Below are positions 19,163 to 30,504 of a stretch of DNA of 64,000 nt, piece after piece; the first letter of the stretch is position 1, and each line of letters begins with the position of its first letter. The notes under the pieces are model-generated. The model did no database searches. It had not been told where the DNA came from and worked only from the letters and a program-made list of their open reading frames with translations. The stretch covers positions 1 to 64,000 of the forward strand of contig DF237241.1 in NCBI GenBank assembly GCA_000708835.1, in the 5' to 3' direction. This stretch comes from Klebsormidium nitens. Taxonomy: Eukaryota > Plantae > Klebsormidiophyceae. A program made the position numbers and the translations under genes.

Positions 19163-22100
19163 ATGAATCTAAGCCCCACCCTGCAGCGAAGCCCTTCATT
19201 GAGGAGGACTACCTCCTCCCTCAGGGGCTTGCAGCGCCGGACCAACTGGACGCTCGTCGTGGTGGTGCTTACGGTCTTGCACCTGAGTGCCACTTTCCTT
19301 TACTACACATTTCTTGCTGGGACAGGGGAAGTGAAGCAGGGAGGAACTCCCAAAAAGGTAATTGGGCCGCCCCATTGTGGATTGAAAATCTCAAGGAACA
19401 CACCACCAATCATCGCCAGCTTTCTGGATAAATTCAAGCAAGCCCGCATCATCGTGTACCTATGCACAACCTTCTAGATGCACTGTTGAAGAGAGGTTTG
19501 CCTTCTTCCATTTTGGAGAGTCAACTCAGGACGCTGCTTGACAGCCTCATGACCAAACAGAAGCTGCTTATAGTGGTGGTCACATAGAAAGAACTTCAAA
19601 AGGTTATTCCTTTTCTGGCCCACCTCACTGCCCCAGCTCCCTGCCCAGACAAACATGTGCACTTTCCCCCTGTGCAATCATGGTCAGACCATTCTCCTCA
19701 AGCCAAACAAGTAAGCCCCTCTTTCCACAGTTCCACCCAAAAAGTTGTTGAGCCCTTAACCGCAGCCTCGCCCCCTTCAGGTCGCCATCAACTATGATGC
19801 TGAGGTGGCCCTCTTACGAGAAGAGCTGGCCCAGTCCCAAGAGGCACTACGTGAGGAGCGTCTGGCACGGCATACGCTGTTAGCAACAGACCCCGGGGGC
19901 CGCAGGGGCCATCAGGAGATCGAGATAGTGTTCCCCTTGGGGCCGGGGGCTCTAGAGACCAAGACCAATGGCGTGCTGCCGGTGGGTGTTGGTTTTGTGG
20001 TTGAGTGGTGAAGGAAGGAGACATCTCCACAAACCCCCCTCTTGTTTATCTTGACATTAATTGTCTCGGTCTTGGCTCGAACCTGTTTGATATGAGTCTT
20101 TGTCAACCTGCGATTGTGTTTCTCCGGATCCGTTAGTTCTTTATGGGGATACCATCATCTTCTGGTCGTCCGATCAGTTTTCAACAACTACAACCTTCGT
20201 GTCTGAGGCTTGCAGACTTTTTGCAAATCGTGTGGTCCAGTAGTAAAATTTCTCTGAAACAAACGTTAAAGAGGAACCGATTGTTTAACCACTTGGATGA
20301 GCGACATGAGGTTAGCGGAGCTGGGCAGGCGTGCAGAACTGAATTCTGCTGGGTTAAAGAGGTAGTTAAAAGCCAATCCCCACATATGGTCGATCACATA
20401 GCTTGCTGGGTGGTAGTTTCCGTGCCTGTTGCGGTCAAGCCCTTAAACGAAAATCATTCTTTCACTTCAGACAGTATATTGCCCAGGCTGCTGTTTGAAA
20501 TTCAAAAACATGCTTGCCTGCTACTAGATCAAGCAGTACTCTCTACAAACACCAGCCGATGTACAGCTGCGACCGTTGCTGACCTTCTCTGTCTCTCTTG
20601 CTTTCTTCAGGACCGGACGAGGGATCCCTTGCAGCCTCTCATAAGCGTCATCATCTCAGCGCGGAAGCAGGGCGGCACCATCAGTGACGCCATACAAAGT
20701 GTAAGACCACCATGCTCTTACGCTTTGCACAAGGGTAGCACAGCGGTCATCTGACACCTGAATTGAGTGCGACCTTCGAAAAGGTCCTTCGATAACACCA
20801 AATGACTCCACTGGACTGCGCAACCCTTCCGGTGTATGTTCAATGTCGTCTTTGGAGCATTGCTGTGAAAGGCGCCGTGGCAGATTCATATGGGCCCTTC
20901 ATCCCATCTGGGGTCTCACAGCATTTACGTTGTTGTTAAGATCTTAGGGCGTTCAGTCGATGTCAATCCATGTTTTCGATCAGATCTGAATGTTTCTGAG
21001 GTTTGAGTATCACTGCAGATTTCACGCTTCCGGTGCTTTCACACCGTTAGTCGTGATTGGGGCTTGCACGAAAGACGACAAGGCATTCTTGGCTTTTGAA
21101 CATGCTGGCACACCCGTAAACGTAACGGGCTTTGTTACACCCGTAAGAAAACAGCTCGTGCAAGTTGTGAATGCACGTCGAGTTTAGGAACTTCGTTTGG
21201 AAGGCTGATTCTCCCCCTGGTTCCATTCTTCCTCGGATTGTTCGCGGAGTCTCTGAAGCTCTGTAACATGTCCATTGATTTCCGACACATGTGCATGCGA
21301 GTATCGACGTGACTCGCGCGCCGTGCAGGTGTTTGCTCAGACGTACCCCCATTGGGAGCTCATTCTGGTAGACGACAACAGTGCGGACGATACGGCGGCC
21401 CGCTGCCGGGAAGCGCTTACGAAGCACACGCAACACCCCGTCACCTTCATCCGGAAAGGGAGCACGGGCATCGTGGATGGGCTCAACCGGGGGCTGGAAG
21501 TGAGTCAATGCAATGCGCTTCGCTGCTTTTCAGTCCTTGCTGCTTGGCCAAAGGAATTTCGGTCCACTGTCAAGAGGCCGTTGATTGGTTGCGCTTTTTC
21601 AGGGGCGGCAATGAGTCCCTCTCATAGGCGAAGACGAAGGAGAGAGAAACTGGTGCGGTACAGCTGGTTCAGCTCCCGTATCTCAGCGAGAATAAAAGGA
21701 ATCGAACACGCGGTGCATCATCTGGCGCTTGTAGACTTTTGCCACCATGCTTGAGACCAGGGCTCGGAACACAAGGATACATATAAGTACTGCAGACTCC
21801 TTTGCGAAGCCCTCTTAAGTCCCCGTACTGAAAGCAGAGACCTCAACCAATCTCTCATACTCACAGCCCTCAAGATCGTCGTGGCTTTGTGGTTGCCTGT
21901 CAATTTTTGTGCCATTCGATGATTCAACTTTCGACACCGTTACAAGCCCCTGCGCCTAACGCAGCCCTCTTCTGCTTCAAGAGGAACATATGCGCTGCAT
22001 CTCCGTTAAAAACCAACCGCAGTGGTGTTTTGCCCCTCCTTCAATCCACTGTCGCCCCATTTTGAATCTCATATCCAGAATCGAGTTTTCCGTCCTGCCA

Positions 22101-25100
22101 GCTGGCGCGCGGCGACTGGATTGTCGCCTTGGCTCCAACTGACCGGCTGGCCCCAGGTTATTTTGCTGATGTTGCGGAGGGTGCGGCTGCAGACTTTCGG
22201 GCTCAGATTTTCCTGGTGAGATTTGACCCATAACCTGAGCTCCAGAAGCGCAATGACTCCGCTTAGCTTTGCTTGACTGGGTGATTTCGAGAGTCTCTTT
22301 TCGAGAAGCCGGCAGAGCCTTCTAAATCCATGGAGAGGCCCTATGTTGGAAGCTTGGAAGATATTGGTTACATAAGTTTCAGGACGCCGAGTCACTGCTT
22401 CGGTTTCTGCCTTTTCTTCCGTTCAGCCAGACGCAAGGACCCACGAGGCCTTGAAGCCGCCCCTTACTGAGTCCACCTGGCAAGCTTGCAGGGGTGCATG
22501 GAACTAGAGACGGGAAAGCAACGCACGTGGTGCTTTCCAGACGGGTGGAGCCTCAGTGGGCTGACGCAGCCTAGCGATCTGCCTTTGGGGTGAGCATCCG
22601 GCGCCGTAACCTGCCGTCCGGACTGAAATGTCTGGAATGCTGGGGTCTTGGTGCGCAGCTTCAAAGTTGGTTCTGGGAATGGCCTCTTTCTTGTTGAAAG
22701 GATAACCAAGCGCCGACGATCGACTGGACTATCAACGCCTAAGTACTTAGAAGCTGCTTGCAAGCCGTTCTAAACCCATGCCCTTTCTCACGACTTGCAG
22801 TCTTCCGGCTGACGTCACGCATGCGTCGTTCCTTCCAGCGATGCTTGCAGCTAACAGCTATCCGCTCACGCCCGCATTGAAGTGCTCGGCGTTCATCTCT
22901 TCGCTTAATCAGCTGTATCTTACTTTCCGGAAGGTTATTAGACTAGATTGTTGTTTCAACGGAGAAAGAAACTCTGACGCAGCATGTGGAGGGGCGGCAT
23001 GCGAAGTCTTTGCACTGGTCTGTGCCGACGGATGCTGAGCCGAGAACGGATCGCGTTCTGCAAACCGGAAAAGGATGGCGCCTTTCACATTCTTGTCTGA
23101 GAATTTGAAAAGCCGATTCCGCAGAAAACGAAACGCTTGCGGTTTGTTAAAATGCATGACGCGTGTTCTCACCCGCCCGCCTCCAGGTTTGCAGTGCGCC
23201 GCGACCTGGTGTCGGACGTCGGGGGGTTCGATCCGGCGTGTCCGGAGCAAATCCACCACTGGAACTTCTGGCTGTCCGCCCTGCGCTACCGCCCAAAGGT
23301 GAGAGCACGCGCGCTGCACTTTCGTCAATCAGCTGCGCTCTGTGTTGTGTGGGCCTTGCTCGTGGCTACCATAGTCAATGACGTACATTTAGTCACAGAA
23401 GCTTTGGAATGGCTGAGGTGTTCGGAATTTGTGTTGTGCTGTAATCTGGATCGATTATCGGGGGGCTCCGCCGACCAATAAGACGGGTAGGCTACTGTAG
23501 TCGGATCAGCGAAACGCGACGCACATTTGTTGGTGAAAAGCAGCTACCTGTCCGTTTTGAACGGAGAAGGGTCTGCCTGCAAATGGCGGAGTTCCGCACC
23601 TGGCTGGCCTTCTTGCTAAGCTTTGCTTTACGGCGTTTCAAACGTCGGCGGCAGTCCAAACGGGGACATGAGAATCGGACGTTGTGCATTTGCATAATCT
23701 CGAAAGCCAAGATTCTCGCTTGGTATGTATCTACAAACTTGAACTATTTGTGCTGAAAGCACACCAGTTTGCGATTGGAATTTAAACGTCCACTCATTAC
23801 ATCCCACTGCCCACCTTTCCTGGAACAGAAGAAGGTACACTGGAACATTTCAGAAATCACCGCAATCAGCATCAATCAGCATCGCGATATCAGAAGCCGT
23901 CAACATGATCACAACATCTCAATAACGTAAATGTATGAAATTTTGAGCCCCTCAACTGCAGGTCCGCTTCCTTCCCAAGGTAGTCCTCTTCCACGCGTCC
24001 GGCGAGGCGTCCGATGCTCTTTCTGCGGACGGTCACGAGGGCTACGTGTCGGCAGTAGAGCGCGCGGAAGCGGCGGCCATGGTGCGGACGCTGCATCCCG
24101 ACGTGTTCGAGCCGAGCCAGCTACTTGCGGACCACGAAACGCTCGCCTTCATGTCCACCGAAACGCTGACTGGGGTGAGTTGAACCCATACTAGTTGCGG
24201 ATTCGCAAGGTACGTCACAAAGAGGCGATCGCAGTCCGGGAATTTCTGGCTCCAGCAGCGGTGTCATTGTGCAAAGTAGGAAAGGGCCTTTGAAGCGCCG
24301 CAAGCTTGCGTCAGCTTTTCGACTCGTCTCAGAGCCCCCATCCACCTGCAGATCTCGCTGACGTCACAGCTGACGTCATGCTCCGCAGGTGCTGAGCCGG
24401 TGCTACCAGTTCCCGGGCCACCCGGTGCTCCCCTTCTGGAAGGGCCTCTACTGGGAGGCGCAGGGCGAGCACGTCCAGGCCGTAGAGCTCGTGACGGAAA
24501 GCCTGCGGGCCGCGCAGAACGGCACGCGCTTCGCCGACCGCTGGCAGCAACACTTCTGGTGAGGACCACTCTTAAAGTGTCACAGTTTGCGGCTTTTGGG
24601 CTGCGAGGAATAAGGGCGCCGGCGCTCTGTTGTGTGGGTCTTGCGTCATAGGGTTTGGGTCCTTCTTGCGAGGTCCCTGTGGGCCTTTCCGCGGTCAGCC
24701 TGCGGGCAGCAGGATTTTGATGAGCAAAGGCCTGTCATACCCTTAGGAACGGGATGCGCCAGACAGTGTTGGACGTAGGATTGCGGTGCGGGGTTCGTCT
24801 ACCGTCAGCCCGTTGTTTCTTCGGTGATATGTCCCTCTTGATCACTGGCATCAAGTAGAAACATCTATGGAGGAGCCTTCGCTTGAACCATGTCAAGTCG
24901 CATCATTCTGCCCTCCAAGAACAGATTGTGTCTGATCTTTGCATTCTCTTGTGATTCAAGACTTTTGCTTCCCGATATCTCTGCATGTTAAGGGCATTTC
25001 CCGATTCTCCTCCAGAATTCTCGCTTCGAACGACGCAGTTGACAACGCTTAAATCTTCCGTGACAGCAAGTGCTAACCGAAAGCCTCTGTTAACCGCGGC

Positions 25101-28100
25101 CGCAGCTTCCGTTATGGCCTAACCCTTGTCTTGACTCCGGCAGGTTAGCGTTGTTCCACGAGGCCAACGGCAGCCTAATGGCGGCTCTGACGCACGCACG
25201 GTTGGCGCTGACGTTCAATCACTTCGACGAGCTGCTGCGCGCGCTGTCGCGGTTAGAGATCCAGGTTAACGGGCTGAAACCCGGGGTTAGCGGGGCGCAT
25301 TTGCTGCCGGTGCCGTACTACTGGTCCAACGAGGAGGAGGTGGAGCGGATACGGTGAGGCAGTTCTACGGGCTTGTGAAGGCGTTAGTCTATGTGGATCC
25401 AGTACCAGTGTATAGAACGTATAGAAGAAGGACACCCTTGTCAGGAAGAGCAACGAGGTTTCATACCACCTTCAAGATTCGCTTGCTTCTTGGTTCAGAT
25501 CGTAAGAGTGAAGAAGCACAAAGGCCGTGATGACCGCTACATGCCGTCGTTAGCAGGGAGAACGACGTCCGATGCGAGCGTCACCTGATCTCGCTGCTCC
25601 ATCCGCGGATCTGCAATTAACGGCTCGCCTACGTCTACTAGCGAATCTCACTGCATGGCTTCTCGTGCGGGTTGCCGCTTCCAGAAAGCCTCCTCCCGTC
25701 GTGACTCGTGACTGAAAATAGACGCTCTTTCTGTCGAGGGTTGACCTTCCGAACCCGGTCCGGGGCCCGACGCTTCCAGTCTCCTTCGTCTAGAGCAAAG
25801 CCCTATTTCCGCGACCCCTGACCGCTTTGCTGCCACGTTTATTTCCTCAGGCAGCGGTCGCTGTCGGGCAAGCTGGGGCGGCTGGCGGAACTAGAGGCGG
25901 GCCTCGGCCGCACGCGGCGCAAGCACGTGGAGCTGGTGGCGCTGCTGGAGACGCTGAGGGACCACCCCTGCCAACAGAAGCAGGGGCCCCGAGGTGCGCG
26001 CGCGCCCACTCCCTCAAATCTTGAAAACTGCATTAAGAAAGCATTGATTTCCTAACCGCTCTCCAGAATCTGGTCCGTGCAATGCTGCGGACGAAGGACA
26101 CCCCAAGCCTTTCTTGGCGTCATAAGCTCTGCTTTGATTTTTTGAGAGCCTGAGGTTCGTTGACCATTGGGAGTGGAGAGGGCTGCCTTTCGAAGCCCTC
26201 GTAGAAGGCTTCTAAAGCTTTGTGAAGCATTCTCGCCTTCTAGATACGCATGCCGTTACATTTCGCTGCACCTGCGACACAGTACGTGCAGATCCTCTCC
26301 ACCGGCCTGCCTTTCTTGCATCAGAATCAATACAGCCAGCACGGGACAAAAGGGTCCGTTCGAAGAAGAGTGCACCGCTTGTTCTTCTTCCGGGCCCCCT
26401 TCGCCGCTTGTCAGATTTCCGAAAGTCGAAGCCTTGCTGCCTGATCTCTTCTTGATGCTTTCGAAGTCAGACACGATTCGGATGAAGTCATGTGACCGCT
26501 TCATCTGTTGAGCGAGCCTCTTTCCTTCAACTCGCATGAGTGCCGTCTTTATCCCTCACCAAGCTTCTGTTTTCCAACCAGGCCCTTTCAACCTAGTTCG
26601 TAACCCGCACTTCGACGGCCGCCGCGAGTGGTTCAATTTCGGGTTGGGCTTCGACATCGACCCCGCCAACGGCCGTTCGGGGAATGTGAAAGAGGAGCAG
26701 CCCGCGTTGAGCCTGCAGTCGTTTCGGCTGGACGAACAAAGGGGCGCCATGCAGTCCGTTACCGTGGATCAGGTAACGCGTAGCTGGCAATGGGCGTTGC
26801 AAGCAAGCGTGCCGGTCGGTGCAGAGCTTTGGGTGGATTCCAAGGAGTTGTACTTTTCTTTCGTCGTCACACTTTGAAGATGCGGCTGGCTGACGGCACA
26901 CGCCCACTGCGAGGATGGGGCGTGGAATTGTAAAGGGATCTGGGTTGTAGAATGCAGTTTACGACATTTTCAGGGACTTTCAGGCTGTCGGCACCTTGTG
27001 GGTCGAGAAAGGGCCGCAAACTCTTGATCATAGAAGGAAGACCGACGCAAGCAGCGGAGAGGAAAAGAGCGTGATCTGAAGCTGCCGTTTGATAATGCGT
27101 TGCTCTTATGTACTGAAAGAGGAGGCATGTACCCCGTCCAAAGTCTTGCAATACTTGCCGTTCTGAGCGGAAGACTCCAGCCTTGAACGTCCTTCAACGT
27201 CCCGAAACTAAGCGGGGGGCTCGAATTGGGTGCAGAGAGTTGCGGGGCCTATTCTCATCAGCGCCTGGCACAAGGGCCAGGGCGTGGTGGGACCCGCCGA
27301 CGAGGGCCTGGGCCTGTTGCTCGAAGTGCACTATCAGAACGGTGAGACCGCGCCACAAGAGTTGCATGGTTGGCCACCGGTGTGCCCCTTCTAGTTGCCA
27401 CCGGGGTGCACACACTCTAGTTGCAAAAAGTTCTGCTCACTCTGATTGCCCGCGCTATTTCGCATCGGATTGCCCGCTGTAGTTGGCACCGATTTGACCG
27501 CTGTAATTGGCACTGGTTGCCCCGCTCTAGTTGGCCCTGGTTTGCTCATTTTACTTGGGGCGGTCATCGGGTACACGGTGCCGACTTGAGGGCGACAATT
27601 GGAAAGCCGAATGCAGAGCTTGTGGCAAGGATAGGACTCGAAAAGTGCTGCGGCGTAATAAATTGCATCCGCAGCGAAGCAAAGGGACGAGGAAGTCTGT
27701 GCAATACTCCGCTTGCTTGAGCCCACCTCGGCGAATATGCGAGTCGCAAAGGTGGAAAATCAGGACACTTCCAGCCCATTCTCTCGGGGAAGACATTCCC
27801 CAATCTTTGAGCAGTGGACATTTTAAGATTTCTCGGTCAGTCACGAAGCTACGGCGTTCCGACTGACAAGTTCCGCTTGCATTTTCCCCAATCTTGCCAT
27901 TAAGGCGTAAGCTAGTAATTCGGGTTCATTTCAGAGCGCTGCGCTTGCTAGACGTCTTGTGGAGAAGACTAACAATGGCAACGCCGAAAGAAGAACGGAA
28001 AGCAGAAAATACGAGGAGAAAAACTGAAAGTTGTTACCCTATCTCGTCCAGGCAGCGACGTGTTGCAATCGATGGTGCACTTCGCTCCGGGGACGCATGA

Positions 28101-28665
28101 TTGGGAGGACGTCAGCGCAGTCGTCAGCGGCGGCGCGCCCATCGCCTCCATTGACGTTACCATCCTCTTTGTTGGGCACTCTGGCCAGCTCTGGGTGGAT
28201 GACGTCGGCGTGGTCGAGCTTCGAAAAGGTCAGGCCCCAATCTTCTTTCCCGTGAAGCTGAGTCTCCCAGAAGGCAACTTTGGTGCTAAAGTACGCGTTC
28301 TGAGTCCCTTGCTATGGCCTGACTGTGACAAAGCAGCGTGGCGCTCTGACCAACATGACCCGTTCGGTGTGCACGTAGTGAGGTGGAACTCTGGATGATC
28401 ACGTCGACTGCGTATCTGTTGTTTTCAATTGATTCAAAGAGCCCGCTGCATCTGGAAAACGTATCACGTTGATTGGTTCCTTTTCCGTCTCAATTGCGCA
28501 ATGCTAGACACATGGGGGACTTATCGCAATCGCTTGGGTGCAGCCGCTTGCCTTTGCCCTCCAAATACGTTCTACGACCCGACTCCAGCTCGGGAGTGCA
28601 GTCCGTGCCCTGAAGAGCACGTCTGTGTCCATGGGTTCAAGGTAGAGAGAGATGTCGGCATGTAA
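19163..28665 (+). CDS. Type II membrane glycosyltransferase family 2-like protein with TPR-like helical region, carbohydrate-binding-module-like domain and Cys-rich tail, 16 exons, ~769 aa
   Basis: Exons 19163-19357, 19781-19981, 20611-20700, 21329-21499, 22102-22180, 22541-22589, 22801-22881, 23187-23298, 23962-24174, 24389-24558, 25144-25353, 25851-25993, 26582-26772, 27236-27341, 28052-28228, 28544-28665 are phase-compatible. They encode a TM (WTLVVVVLTVLHLSATFLYYTFL), GT-A motifs PLISVII...QSVFAQTYPHWELILVDDNSADDT...GLNRGLE-LARGDWI and VGGFDP, the CBM-like NLVRNPHF...GTHDW...WVDDV, and CLCPPNTFY...CSPCP. Exons 6-7 are the least certain. Confidence 0.75.
27368..27545. repeat. Degenerate ~23-24-bp minisatellite in intron 14 of the GT2 gene
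   Basis: Recurrent core (c/g)cT(g/c)TAgTTGgCaC (e.g. CCGCTGTAGTTGGCACCG, CCGCTGTAATTGGCACTG, CCGCTCTAGTTGGCCCTG, CTTCTAGTTGCCACCG). Confidence 0.55.
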
Positions 28666-30504
28666 TGAATCTGAAACTGACATCTGGTTGCTGAATCATC
28701 CGGTGACCAGCGACGCGCGAATATGAGACAGCTTGACAGGCGACTGTGTCTTATAACGCTGTTAGAACCCAGCATGACATAACCCAAAACAATTAGCTAC
28801 ACAATTTCATTCAGATACGAAAAATAGACGTTGCTTGTCAGATTTCTTCTCCGCCTGCCGCTGTGCAACGAACCTATGCCGCCCGACAATCAACCACCAT
28901 CCGAATACGATTGTTACCGTACAGCTGCAATCATCAACACTGCAGATGCGTGTATGCAATGCTGCCCGCGGCAGATCAAGCTTCTGATGCGAGTGCCAAA
29001 GCCCATGCACGGTATACGCTATTGTCCCTAAAGAACATTGCGTGTGACGGCATGGCTGATACAGCCTCTTGTTTAAATTCAAACATGCATGCTCGCCTGG
29101 CACGTGTATGCGTCCGCGGCCAGCCGGCCATGGGCACATGCATTCATTGACACATTACTGTTTTGCATCGAAAGGTTGACACATGTGCTATATCATGCAA
29201 CTAATACAATAGCCGCTCGAACATATGTCTAGGCCGTAGGCCGTCTATTGCACGATGGGTTATTTTGTCGCACGTGGAGGCTGGGCCGCCTATAGCACAG
29301 GGCCTCCTCGTACGGTGACGGTACCGTACGTGACCGGTTAACCTAGAGCTGCAGAGGCGGCGGCCCATGCCTCATTTTTCATGAAAATGTCCTGGCATAT
29401 ATATATATCAGATACTAACCGTCGTTTGCAAGCAGCATGTGTAGCTCTCCGCCTGAATATATATGTGCACATGTTTCAGTATACATGCAGCCTACTAAGC
29501 TGGGCCTTAATTTACATGTGAAACACAAAGGAAACCTCTTGCTATAGTGCCGCCGCGCCCAGCTGGCGCTAGACTCAGCCTGCAACAAGGGCCTCGCACT
29601 CGAACGATTTTGACTTCAAGCGACGCAGCATGGCCACGCGTTTTTGGGCAGTCTTTTCCACAAATGGCATATGTTCACGTTGGCTTATATCGATTCAAAC
29701 CACAGGGATTTCGATACATATGCAGTCATATATCAAGCTTCTATCGCATTTAATCATTCACAAAGGATAGGCATCCTTTTGATCCGACTTGGATAACAAG
29801 CAACTTGTCATTGTGGACCAGATATGCAAACTTCAAAGAAGAACCGCAATGAAGTCAATCAAAGTGCCAATCATTGCGCAACAGAATCTACAATTGAAAT
29901 GGTGTTCACGTCTTTGCGTATATGTACAATGCTTATGTCACTGTAATACTGAGCAAGACAAATGGGCGACAATGCAATTCTACCTTAACTATAACATGCA
30001 AGACGGAACCTTCAAACAATGCTACTCGGACCCTAACAAGCAATGGCCACTGCTGCTTCCGACCAGAACTGGATGCAACATGTTCTCAAATCAACACGCT
30101 CAATTACAGTCAATCTTTGACAAATCAAGACTGCAACTTTTGTTCAACAGTCCTAAGGTAGCCTGAACTTGCGACAATCAACCCCGGGTTGGTGGCTTTG
30201 GACCTGAAAGCCCCCAGACCCCCCCCGTCCATAGTCCGCCCAATCTCCTCCCCCAACCCTTGGTTGCACGAATGCCATCACACCCGGCTCGAAAGTGCTC
30301 TAGCCAGCACACGGTGAATCCACGCGATGCACACACGATAGAGCATTACAGTCCCGGATTTCCAGGTTGGCAGCCTCAGCCGGCCCCTTATTCAACCCCG
30401 CCCGCTGCCCGATCGAACCCGCTTTTCTAATAACCCCAATTTTCTTCTCCCAACACCGTTCGTGCAATATTGGAGGTCCGACTCCCGTCTTTCACCGACA
30501 CGCC

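Noticed and set aside
18679-19293. 204-aa minus-strand ORF between OTU7 and the GT2 gene
   Set aside because: It overlaps GT2 exon 1 antisense and the shared promoter, has intron/UTR-like composition and shows no domain signal.
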